In this document: positions 46,039-52,834 of the stretch, in pieces | How positions within the stretch are numbered: position 1 is the first letter of the stretch | Layout: every line of letters starts with the position of its first letter | Source of the DNA: a virus | Virus record (IMG/VR): IMGVR_UViG_3300027131_000001 | Length of the DNA stretch: 64,000 nt | Reading direction: 5' to 3' (one strand) | Notes under the pieces: generated by a model | Database searches by the model: none | Told to the model about the DNA's origin: nothing | The model's input: the letters and a program-made list of their open reading frames with translations, nothing else | Made by a program: the position numbers and the translations under genes

Positions 46039-46117
46039 ATATAGGAACACACTGCATGGACTTTTATTGTAAGCATTTTTATCTTACTTACCAGAAGGCA
46101 ATATGTTCTTATATGGT
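46036..46117 (-). repeat. Inter-tRNA spacer hairpin, copy A
   Basis: + strand ACCATATAGGAACA (46036-46049) / TGTTCTTATATGGT (46104-46117). Confidence 0.7.
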
Positions 46118-46187
46118 AGGGGCACAGAGAATCGAACTCTGATTAATAGGTTAAAAGCCTACTACTTTACCGTTAAGTTATACCCCC
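46114..46187 (-). tRNA. tRNA-Lys(TTT)
   Basis: Loop CT-TTT-AA, CCA. Confidence 0.93.
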
Positions 46188-46204
46188 TTATCTTATCGCT
46201 CTTG

Positions 46205-46432
46205 TCACTTTCCATTTGGAATCTCCTTGTGTTTTGATCTACCTATCCTACTTGCCTTGTTCCAATCGTAAGCGATCCCGTCAGGACACTTACCATCTTC
46301 TACGCTATCAACTCCGAACTTACCTACAATCGAACAGTCCGGACCTTCTATTGTCACAAACTGATTCAGCATCTTAGCATATTCCATCGCAAATGGCAAC
46401 GTGCTAAATTCTTGTTCATTCACTTTATACAT
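46205..46432 (-). CDS. Hypothetical protein
   Basis: SD AAGGA; IVGKFGVDSV...YDWNKASRIGR. Confidence 0.65.
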   Translation of the reverse strand: MYKVNEQEFSTLPFAMEYAKMLNQFVTIEGPDCSIVGKFGVDSVEDGKCPDGIAYDWNKASRIGRSKHKEIPNGK

Positions 46433-46445
46433 CTTAATCCTTTAT

Positions 46446-46519
46446 TGGTGCGGGGTAAGAGAATCGAACTCTTGACAAGACGTTGGCAACGTCCTATTTT
46501 ACCATTAAACTAACCACGC
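46446..46519 (-). tRNA. tRNA-Gly(GCC)
   Basis: Loop TT-GCC-AA, CCA. Confidence 0.9.
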
Positions 46520-46522
46520 ATT

Positions 46523-46596
46523 TGGCCTCGGTAGAGAGAATCGAACTCCCGCAAGCAGATTTGGAGGCTGCCGTACTACCATTATACTACACCGAG
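46523..46596 (-). tRNA. tRNA-Trp(CCA)
   Basis: Loop CT-CCA-AA, G73, CCA. Confidence 0.92.
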
Positions 46597-46643
46597 ATAA
46601 ATATACAACACAATCAACTTTTTTATTAATCCTAAGGACTAAC

Positions 46644-47327
46644 ATGAATGATCAAGTAAAAACAATATGGCTGAAAGAAGAAATCAGCATTGCTGATGAT
46701 CTACTTTCTTATGCACCAAAACTACTAGAAGAATTCTTACAATATCATCCAGACTTTATTGATGGTGACTTTGAAAAAGGAGTAGTTAATACTAGTCCTC
46801 TTTACGATGTTGGTACATTGACTTCTAATAAAGCCGCTTGGAAAGTTGATGTCGTAAAATATTTACACAAAGATGCCGGTATGGCATTCAACGGTGAAGA
46901 AAATAATGAAATACAACTAAGATATCCTACAGCTGTCGCCCTTACAAAGAAATACGGAAGCGATTGCGACATCAGTATGTACAGTATTCTTGAATCCAAA
47001 AGTCTAATAAAAAGACACACAGGAATGGAAAATAGAGACGGAAGAACCTTACGTATTCATATTCCCCTTCTTGTTCCCCCTGGTGACATTTTCTTTGAAG
47101 TCGAAGGTGTCGAAGTTGATTGGAGTGACCTATTTGGATTCAACAATCAACATATCCACAGCGCATTCAACCTAACTCCAAAAAGAAGACTCGTATATCT
47201 CATCGACATTACTACAGAAAAATTAGGTATACCAGCTTTGTCTGGTGCTGATTTTGAAAGACAACATTCTATTCCTCTATTCAAAAGAGGAGCACTTCCT
47301 AAGCTGCTACATCCTCACCAACGTTAA
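46644..47327 (+). CDS. Aspartyl/asparaginyl beta-hydroxylase-like 2OG oxygenase
   Basis: SIL...IKRHTG...LRIHIPL...FNNQHIHSAFN...RLVYLID; SD AAGGA. Confidence 0.8.
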   Translation: MNDQVKTIWLKEEISIADDLLSYAPKLLEEFLQYHPDFIDGDFEKGVVNTSPLYDVGTLTSNKAAWKVDVVKYLHKDAGMAFNGEENNEIQLRYPTAVALTKKYGSDCDISMYSILESKSLIKRHTGMENRDGRTLRIHIPLLVPPGDIFFEVEGVEVDWSDLFGFNNQHIHSAFNLTPKRRLVYLIDITTEKLGIPALSGADFERQHSIPLFKRGALPKLLHPHQR

Positions 47328-47328
47328 C

Positions 47329-47404
47329 TGGAATCTGCGATAGGAATCGAACCTACATATAACGGATTTGCAATCCGCTCCCTAGCCTTTCGGGTCACGC
47401 AGAC
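47329..47404 (-). tRNA. tRNA-Cys(GCA)
   Basis: Loop TT-GCA-AA, U73, CCA. Confidence 0.92.
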
Positions 47405-47412
47405 ATATATTT

Positions 47413-47502
47413 TGGTGGAAGACTAGGGAGTCGAACCCTATGACCAACTTTCATCAGTCTACGGATTAGCAATCCGCTGCATTACCGTCCTGCCCGTCTT
47501 CC
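47413..47502 (-). tRNA. tRNA-Ser(GCT)
   Basis: Loop TT-GCT-AA, long variable arm, CCA. Confidence 0.92.
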
Positions 47503-48278
47503 TACTTTATTACTTCTGTGTCAACAACATAATTGTATAACACCTCATCAATCGCATCAGCACGTTTTTGTTTACTTCTTGCTCCGAGTACAACAACAAC
47601 ATACTTCTTTTCATCTTTGACTACCACTAATCCAACACACCATCCTGCTGAATTAGTAAATCCTGTCTTGCTAACTATTACGTTATCAAATTCAAACAAG
47701 ATTGGCTTATTAGTATTATTAAGAACAATCTTTCTTACTTTCTTCTTAAACTTAGCATCTATTACTATTTGCTTCTGAACACTTGCATCTCTTATTACCC
47801 AGTAACCAGATGCAATCTCAAACATTGATACTACATCGCTAGCAGTACCGGTATTTTGTTTACTAAGGCCAGTTGGATCTACAAACTTAGCACTCAATTG
47901 CATTTGTGTTGCATGGTCATTCATTGCCTTGATAAACGCTTTCCTACCACCTGGATAGTCATCAGCAAGTGTTTCTGCTGCTGCATTGTCACTTCTTACT
48001 AACATTGCATTGATAAGATCTAGCCTTGTGTACTTCTGTCTAGGTAAACTACCACCTACTTTTAATGATAACATTAACTGTCTACTCAAATTCTTATCGT
48101 GATCCAAAGTTACCATCGCTGTCATTAACTTAGTAATGCTAGCAATTGGTCTTGTCACATTTATGTTATCATTGTATATGTGCTTGTCGTCTGTAGAATT
48201 ATACAATAGGACACTGGGTCTTTGTGCTGCATAACATATAGAACTAAGCGCAAGTACAATTCCAACAATAATCTTCAT
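47502..48278 (-). CDS. Peptidase S11 D-Ala-D-Ala carboxy/endopeptidase (PBP7-like)
   Basis: Signal peptide; SITK (SxxK), SDN (SxN), KTG. Confidence 0.9.
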   Translation of the reverse strand: MKIIVGIVLALSSICYAAQRPSVLLYNSTDDKHIYNDNINVTRPIASITKLMTAMVTLDHDKNLSRQLMLSLKVGGSLPRQKYTRLDLINAMLVRSDNAAAETLADDYPGGRKAFIKAMNDHATQMQLSAKFVDPTGLSKQNTGTASDVVSMFEIASGYWVIRDASVQKQIVIDAKFKKKVRKIVLNNTNKPILFEFDNVIVSKTGFTNSAGWCVGLVVVKDEKKYVVVVLGARSKQKRADAIDEVLYNYVVDTEVIK

Positions 48279-48301
48279 CGACATCTCCAAAGTGATCTTA
48301 C

Positions 48302-48330
48302 ATTATAGTAGATCCAAATTGGACTGTCAA
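48302..48330 (-). promoter_or_regulatory. Consensus sigma70 promoter
   Basis: TTGACA-17 nt-TATAAT. Confidence 0.85.
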
Positions 48331-48340
48331 CATTGATGAT

Positions 48341-48517
48341 TCACGGATCAGTAACCTCATTACTATCCTGCCCATTCTCCAATTCTTCAATCTTATTTGC
48401 AGCCTCTTCTAATAGGTCCGCAATCCGATCAGGTTTATTTTCCTGAACAGACTTTCTATCTTTTATTTGCCTGCGTATTTCAGCACGCTTGCGTAAACGG
48501 TATACCAGACTTTCCAT
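48341..48517 (-). CDS. Small conserved phage protein (58 aa)
   Basis: SD AAGGAG; MESLVYRLRKRAEIRRQIKDRKSVQENKPDRIADLLEEAANKIEEL... Confidence 0.7.
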   Translation of the reverse strand: MESLVYRLRKRAEIRRQIKDRKSVQENKPDRIADLLEEAANKIEELENGQDSNEVTDP

Positions 48518-48532
48518 AATAACTCCTTATGT

Positions 48533-48621
48533 TGGCGGGGGGATGGTAGAATCGAACTCCAACCTCGTTAAAAGTCCATCTGTTTTCAAGACAGCGCAGG
48601 GCCCAGCCCCGATAACCCCCC
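48533..48621 (-). tRNA. tRNA-Ser(TGA), atypical D- and T-arms
   Basis: Loop CT-TGA-AA, long variable arm, G73, CCA. Confidence 0.8.
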
Positions 48622-48690
48622 ATATAGAAACACATTCATACCCACCAGAGAATTTTATTCATACCCAGTAGAGAATGTGTTTTTATATGG
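48620..48690 (-). repeat. Inter-tRNA spacer hairpin, copy B
   Basis: + strand CCATATAGAAACACATTC (48620-48637) / GAATGTGTTTTTATATGG (48673-48690). Confidence 0.7.
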
Positions 48691-48761
48691 CTGGGGTACC
48701 TTGAATCGAACAAGGACCTACGGATTCAAAGTCCGCAGCACTACCACTATGCTATACCCCA
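48688..48761 (-). tRNA. tRNA-Gln(TTG)
   Basis: Loop CT-TTG-AA, U1:A72, CCA. Confidence 0.93.
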
Positions 48762-48813
48762 ATAAAAACCAGTAAATTATTAATGAACTACTTCTAGTCA
48801 GTAAAGACCAACT

Positions 48814-48846
48814 AAAAAAAACCCCAGTTTGTTTAGGACTGGGGTT
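48814..48846 (-). terminator. Attenuator terminator upstream of the first array tRNA
   Basis: AACCCCAGT-CCTAAACAA-ACTGGGGTT followed by a T run. Confidence 0.85.
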
Positions 48847-48873
48847 ATAGAATACAAGTACACTATGAACCCC
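48841..48873 (-). promoter_or_regulatory. Antiterminator hairpin
   Basis: GGGGTT-C-ATAG-TGTACTTGTATT-CTAT-AACCCC; shares AACCCC with the terminator 5' arm. Confidence 0.7.
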
Positions 48874-48959
48874 TATACGTCATTACTCCATGACGCAAAG
48901 CGATACCCAACCTCAATAGAGGCCTTGGGCGTCGACGGTGATAGATGGATACTCTGCAT
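48873..48959 (-). CDS. Putative attenuator leader peptide (28 aa)
   Basis: SD AAGGA 8 nt upstream; MQSIHLSPSTPKASIEVGYRFASWSNDV*. Confidence 0.7.
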   Translation of the reverse strand: MQSIHLSPSTPKASIEVGYRFASWSNDV

Positions 48960-48986
48960 TCTTTTATTCCTTACAAAACAGATTGT

Positions 48987-49015
48987 ACTTTACTTTATTT
49001 ATAACGACAGGTCAA
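48987..49015 (-). promoter_or_regulatory. Overlapping sigma70-like and T4 late promoters for the leader
   Basis: TTGACC-17 nt-TAAAGT with TATAAATA (48996-49003) in the spacer. Confidence 0.6.
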
Positions 49016-49148
49016 CAGTTTCAAGAACTTTTTTGACTTTTTTTCTGTCGTATGCAATTTTAGATTCAACAACACGCAGTCTGTACTTAGGAGTCCGAAG
49101 ATCCTTAGCTACTGCGTTTGCTTTTCTACGACTTTTTACCTTCTGCAT
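48999..49148 (-). CDS. Small basic conserved phage protein
   Basis: NAVAKDLRTPKYRLRVVESKIAYDRKK. Confidence 0.65.
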   Translation of the reverse strand: MQKVKSRRKANAVAKDLRTPKYRLRVVESKIAYDRKKVKKVLETVDLSL

Positions 49149-49692
49149 TTTCTTTCTTAATTGATTGATCCAGCTCATCGAACTTGTCATCACGTTCACG
49201 AGAGCCCTTACGTGTATTATCTACCAAACGACGACTTTGGTCAACGTTCAACTTTAGCATCACATAAGCACGGAATCCGTCATCTTCTTTTACTACTAGC
49301 AATTTATCTCTAGTATACATTGAAAGAGATTGATTCGTTACCAACTTTGATACACGTTCCACTTCTCGTTCTACATCTTTCATCTTACCAGCACCCTCTT
49401 CAGTAACGCTTTCACGTACCATAGACTGTACTCTAATATTTATTCTGTTGGCCAACTCAACACGAGCATTCATTGTAGCCTTGTCAATAGCAAACTGCAT
49501 CTCACGCGATGTGTCAGTTGCTGTGACAATAATATCCTTACCATCAGGAGCAGGACCAGTGACAAACCATTCTGGAATGGTCGTAGAGGTAGCGCTTCTA
49601 GGAGCTTCCTTGATCTCTGTCATCTTATTAGGATTGCTTGCACATCCTACTACAGCCAATGCAATAGCTGTCATCGCAAAATACTTCTTCAT
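49126..49692 (-). CDS. LPP20-like lipoprotein
   Basis: Lipobox VVGC; IPEWF...QFAIDKA. Confidence 0.7.
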   Translation of the reverse strand: MKKYFAMTAIALAVVGCASNPNKMTEIKEAPRSATSTTIPEWFVTGPAPDGKDIIVTATDTSREMQFAIDKATMNARVELANRINIRVQSMVRESVTEEGAGKMKDVEREVERVSKLVTNQSLSMYTRDKLLVVKEDDGFRAYVMLKLNVDQSRRLVDNTRKGSRERDDKFDELDQSIKKENAEGKKS

Positions 49693-49737
49693 AATATAAC
49701 TTTCAAAAAAAAGAGGTTGTAAACTAATCACAACCTC

Positions 49738-49766
49738 ATTATATCAAGACCAACTTCTAATGTCAA
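49738..49766 (-). promoter_or_regulatory. Consensus sigma70 promoter
   Basis: TTGACA-17 nt-TATAAT. Confidence 0.85.
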
Positions 49767-49768
49767 CA

Positions 49769-50440
49769 TTAATCCCAAAGGTTTTGATAGTACTTGCCAA
49801 ACAATCGGAATCCATTCTTAATTCGGTCTTCGACAACTCTCATACCATCATAGTCACACTTATATGTATTGTTTGGTCCTTCAACCCATTGATACATCGT
49901 AGCCTTACCATTATCATCCCAGGCACATGCTACAGTTTTCATATCATGGTCACCTGAACGAAATGCATCTTGCCATGTGTGATCTTGGTGGGATTCAAAT
50001 GCAAAAATCATCTCACCCATAACATATTCCCAACGCTTGAAATGATTATCATCAATATCATATTCATTCACTTTGGGAGGAGCAGAGGTTGTCTTGAATT
50101 CTTCAGGTACATCTTCATCATCAACAAATCCGGCACCGTGTGTATTTGCTTTTAACTGCTTCAACATAGGCAGAACAATCTTACCCAATGTTGAATCCAT
50201 TGACCACGTATCCCACTTATCGATCTTTACATAATCAATTTTAGGATGTACAAAGTCAAAGAACTTTGAAATAGCACCGCAGATCGGTGTCAAAAAATTA
50301 ATCCACTTTTCATACGGTGCATTTGGTTTATCAGTATGATTGTAGAATACATCCTTATCTTTTTCCCAAAAGCAGACTTTTTCAAGAATAGTATAAGGAC
50401 TAATCCAATGATCGCGATAATTGCTTATGTAAACTTTCAA
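49769..50440 (-). CDS. Conserved phage hypothetical protein
   Basis: IDKWDTWSMD...GFRLFGKYYQNLWD. Confidence 0.75.
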   Translation of the reverse strand: MKVYISNYRDHWISPYTILEKVCFWEKDKDVFYNHTDKPNAPYEKWINFLTPICGAISKFFDFVHPKIDYVKIDKWDTWSMDSTLGKIVLPMLKQLKANTHGAGFVDDEDVPEEFKTTSAPPKVNEYDIDDNHFKRWEYVMGEMIFAFESHQDHTWQDAFRSGDHDMKTVACAWDDNGKATMYQWVEGPNNTYKCDYDGMRVVEDRIKNGFRLFGKYYQNLWD

Positions 50441-50898
50441 AACGATTCCTTAACTTCATCTACACGTGTAAAGAAGTTCTTAACTTTAACTTCATCTGGC
50501 CACGTTTTACAGTAATCATTATCTTTATCACACATCTCAAGAGCCTCGTCATATGTCACAACACGGTGACTAAAGATCTGTTCACCTAAATGTTCTTGAC
50601 TAAATTCTTTAGCTTCTTCCATTGTCACTGTATCAAGTGCCCATTCAGCCTTGCCTTTTGGCACCTCAACCATGTAACGCATACGGTATGTTGAAGTACA
50701 CTCAACCAATACCCATTCAGTTTCTTTGTGGTTCTCTACCTTGCGAATCTCCCAAGATCCATCACCACGATTAAACCACTCAATTGGATCACCTTCTTTA
50801 AGGTTGATCGCTTCAAGAATCTCATCATTCAAAGGAAGAATCATATCACCAGAGACAGGATCTTCTTCAACAGTAATTACCCAAGATGTTTTATTCAT
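50437..50898 (-). CDS. AbrB/MazE-like N-terminal domain protein
   Basis: MILPLNDEILEAINLKEGDPIEW. Confidence 0.6.
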   Translation of the reverse strand: MNKTSWVITVEEDPVSGDMILPLNDEILEAINLKEGDPIEWFNRGDGSWEIRKVENHKETEWVLVECTSTYRMRYMVEVPKGKAEWALDTVTMEEAKEFSQEHLGEQIFSHRVVTYDEALEMCDKDNDYCKTWPDEVKVKNFFTRVDEVKESF

Positions 50899-50917
50899 AA
50901 TATACTCCGTTTAAAAA

Positions 50918-50994
50918 TGGTGCGCTGAGAGGGATTTGAACCCCCGATCAACGGATTATGAGTCCGCTGCTTTAGACCGCTAAGCTACCAGCGC
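50918..50994 (-). tRNA. tRNA-Met/Ile2(CAT), stand-alone
   Basis: Loop CT-CAT-AA, CCA. Confidence 0.92.
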
Positions 50995-51000
50995 ATTGTA

Positions 51001-51204
51001 TTAGAACTGTTTTGAAAAGTCAACACCACGTAAAGCATGATGCTGAGAGCTCAAAGTTCTTAACATACTTATGTCAGTTTCAGACAATACACCTTGATCT
51101 TTGTACATCATAGCGTCACGAAATACTTGTCCAAGCACTTTAGGCTTGTTCTTGAAAGCATGAACAGCTTTGATAAAGCAATCTCTGATGTGTGTGTTGT
51201 CCAT
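51001..51204 (-). CDS. Hypothetical protein
   Basis: SD GGAG, downstream of a promoter. Confidence 0.55.
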   Translation of the reverse strand: MDNTHIRDCFIKAVHAFKNKPKVLGQVFRDAMMYKDQGVLSETDISMLRTLSSQHHALRGVDFSKQF

Positions 51205-51224
51205 AATGTAATCTCCAAAAATGG

Positions 51225-51253
51225 ATTGTATCACATAGTTTTGGTCAAGTCAA
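51225..51253 (-). promoter_or_regulatory. Sigma70-type promoter
   Basis: TTGACT-17 nt-TACAAT. Confidence 0.7.
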
Positions 51254-51457
51254 CTTCTTTGGTGGTTTAGGAGGGAAGTCTGGAAAAGTATTCCATGGTT
51301 GTCTGAGTTCAGGTGCTATCAGTTCTGGTCCACCCTCATCAATCCATTGCTTCGATATCACTGTTTTAGGATTACCATCAACAATGACATAACGAAGTAG
51401 ATATTCAGTGTAATCGTAGGTGCCATCAGGCACCCATGCAAATTGTTTGAAAGCCAT
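51245..51457 (-). CDS. Hypothetical protein
   Basis: Translationally coupled to queD (TAATG). Confidence 0.55.
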   Translation of the reverse strand: MAFKQFAWVPDGTYDYTEYLLRYVIVDGNPKTVISKQWIDEGGPELIAPELRQPWNTFPDFPPKPPKKLT

Positions 51458-51978
51458 TATGCAAACAAGTCCTCATTCCATTCGCGATGACCTTCTCTGA
51501 AAGCCATATTGCTTTGGGTTTCACGTACCTCTACTCTATAGCACCATAGACGTTCTGATTCACTTGGCCCCCACATATCTGGAATGTAGACACCATTAAC
51601 ATACTTGTATAGCTGATCAGCAAGACCTTCACATCCTAACTTAGGAAGAATTGTTAGCTTAGCTAGCTTTCTTTCCTGTAACTGTAGATAGAAATTAAGT
51701 TCAGGATCATCTTCTGCTACTAACAACGTATGATCAAATTGACTCTCTAGTACATTCTTCAGTTCTTTTAAACCACCATAATCAGCAGCCCAATTACGAA
51801 CATCAAGATTATCCGTACCAAAGTAAAACTTCATAGAGAAGCTGTACCCGTGAATCAAGTTACAGTGACTATCCGCTCTCCATTGTCTGTACGCACAAGG
51901 AAACGCATCGTGATATTCCTTTGTACTCACATACTTGTATTGTCTTGCTGACATCCAACGACTTGTTGTTTCATTCAT
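51457..51978 (-). CDS. queD: 6-carboxy-5,6,7,8-tetrahydropterin synthase
   Basis: SHCNLIHGY, DYGGLK, FDHTLL, GCEGLA, VRET. Confidence 0.88.
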   Translation of the reverse strand: MNETTSRWMSARQYKYVSTKEYHDAFPCAYRQWRADSHCNLIHGYSFSMKFYFGTDNLDVRNWAADYGGLKELKNVLESQFDHTLLVAEDDPELNFYLQLQERKLAKLTILPKLGCEGLADQLYKYVNGVYIPDMWGPSESERLWCYRVEVRETQSNMAFREGHREWNEDLFA

Positions 51979-51979
51979 A

Positions 51980-52834
51980 TCATGTTCCCCAGGCATTGCG
52001 CCAAATATCAACTTGTAATCGTGGGCTATATTTCCAGCCCTTCTTCATTGCCATCTCAGCAACTTGCTTATAGTTGCTAAAGTATTTGACATCTGTTCCG
52101 CCAACTGGCATCAAGTAGACATCACACTCTAATCCTAGTCCGTATTCTCTATATGCTTTGACAGCTCGTTCAACCTCTTCAATGTCTGTATCTTTATCGA
52201 TCACAAACTTGAGATACACTTGACCGTAGGTGTTGTATGTATTTACAACTTGCGGAAGGATTGCATCTTCCCAACTCTCACCAGAGGCACTCAGCTTTGC
52301 ACTAACAGAGAATGTAAACTCTGTATCACCCATACCGTACTTGTTACTGTAGTTAAATAGAAACTTCTTAAATTCATCTGTTATCTTCTGAGTACCGTTT
52401 GTCTCGAAAGTAACATACTTTAAGTTCTTCATACTTTCATGAGTCAGTAACTCCGGAAAAGCACGTTGCCATCCAAGCAATGGCTCACCACCTGTAATCA
52501 CAAGATGTTCTTTGTTCCACTTCTTCTCTGGAAGCATGTCAACAATCTTTTCTGCAATATCACCAGTTGTCATTAATGGAGATAGGTGTTTGAATCTAAC
52601 ATCCCAGCTTGCATATGAATCACATCCAGTATGTACAAGAGGTAAGTCATCATACTTCCTGTATTGTTCAGGTTGAATCTTGAACCGTTCATTTGACATC
52701 TCATCCTTTGGCATACCAAACCCACCACAGGTAAAGTTACAACCAAAAGTACGCAAGAATACACTAGGTGTACCTACATACTTTCCCTCACCCTGCAAAC
52801 TGTAGAACAGTTCTGCTATTTTAATTTTCTGCAT
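51980..52834 (-). CDS. queE: 7-carboxy-7-deazaguanine synthase (radical SAM)
   Basis: ELFYSLQGEG, RTFGCNFTC...GCDS, TGGEP, ETNGT, SPRLQ. Confidence 0.92.
   Translation of the reverse strand: MQKIKIAELFYSLQGEGKYVGTPSVFLRTFGCNFTCGGFGMPKDEMSNERFKIQPEQYRKYDDLPLVHTGCDSYASWDVRFKHLSPLMTTGDIAEKIVDMLPEKKWNKEHLVITGGEPLLGWQRAFPELLTHESMKNLKYVTFETNGTQKITDEFKKFLFNYSNKYGMGDTEFTFSVSAKLSASGESWEDAILPQVVNTYNTYGQVYLKFVIDKDTDIEEVERAVKAYREYGLGLECDVYLMPVGGTDVKYFSNYKQVAEMAMKKGWKYSPRLQVDIWRNAWGT

Noticed and set aside
48533-48621. Selenocysteine or opal suppressor tRNA
   Set aside because: The loop reads CT-TGA-AA, so the anticodon is UGA (Ser), not UCA
46036-48690. CRISPR array
   Set aside because: Only two dispersed inverted-repeat elements, no regular repeat-spacer period and no cas genes
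39708-50994. Stop-codon reassignment suggested by the large tRNA set
   Set aside because: No CUA/UUA/UCA anticodon found; core genes are intact in the standard code and TAG/TGA end genes normally
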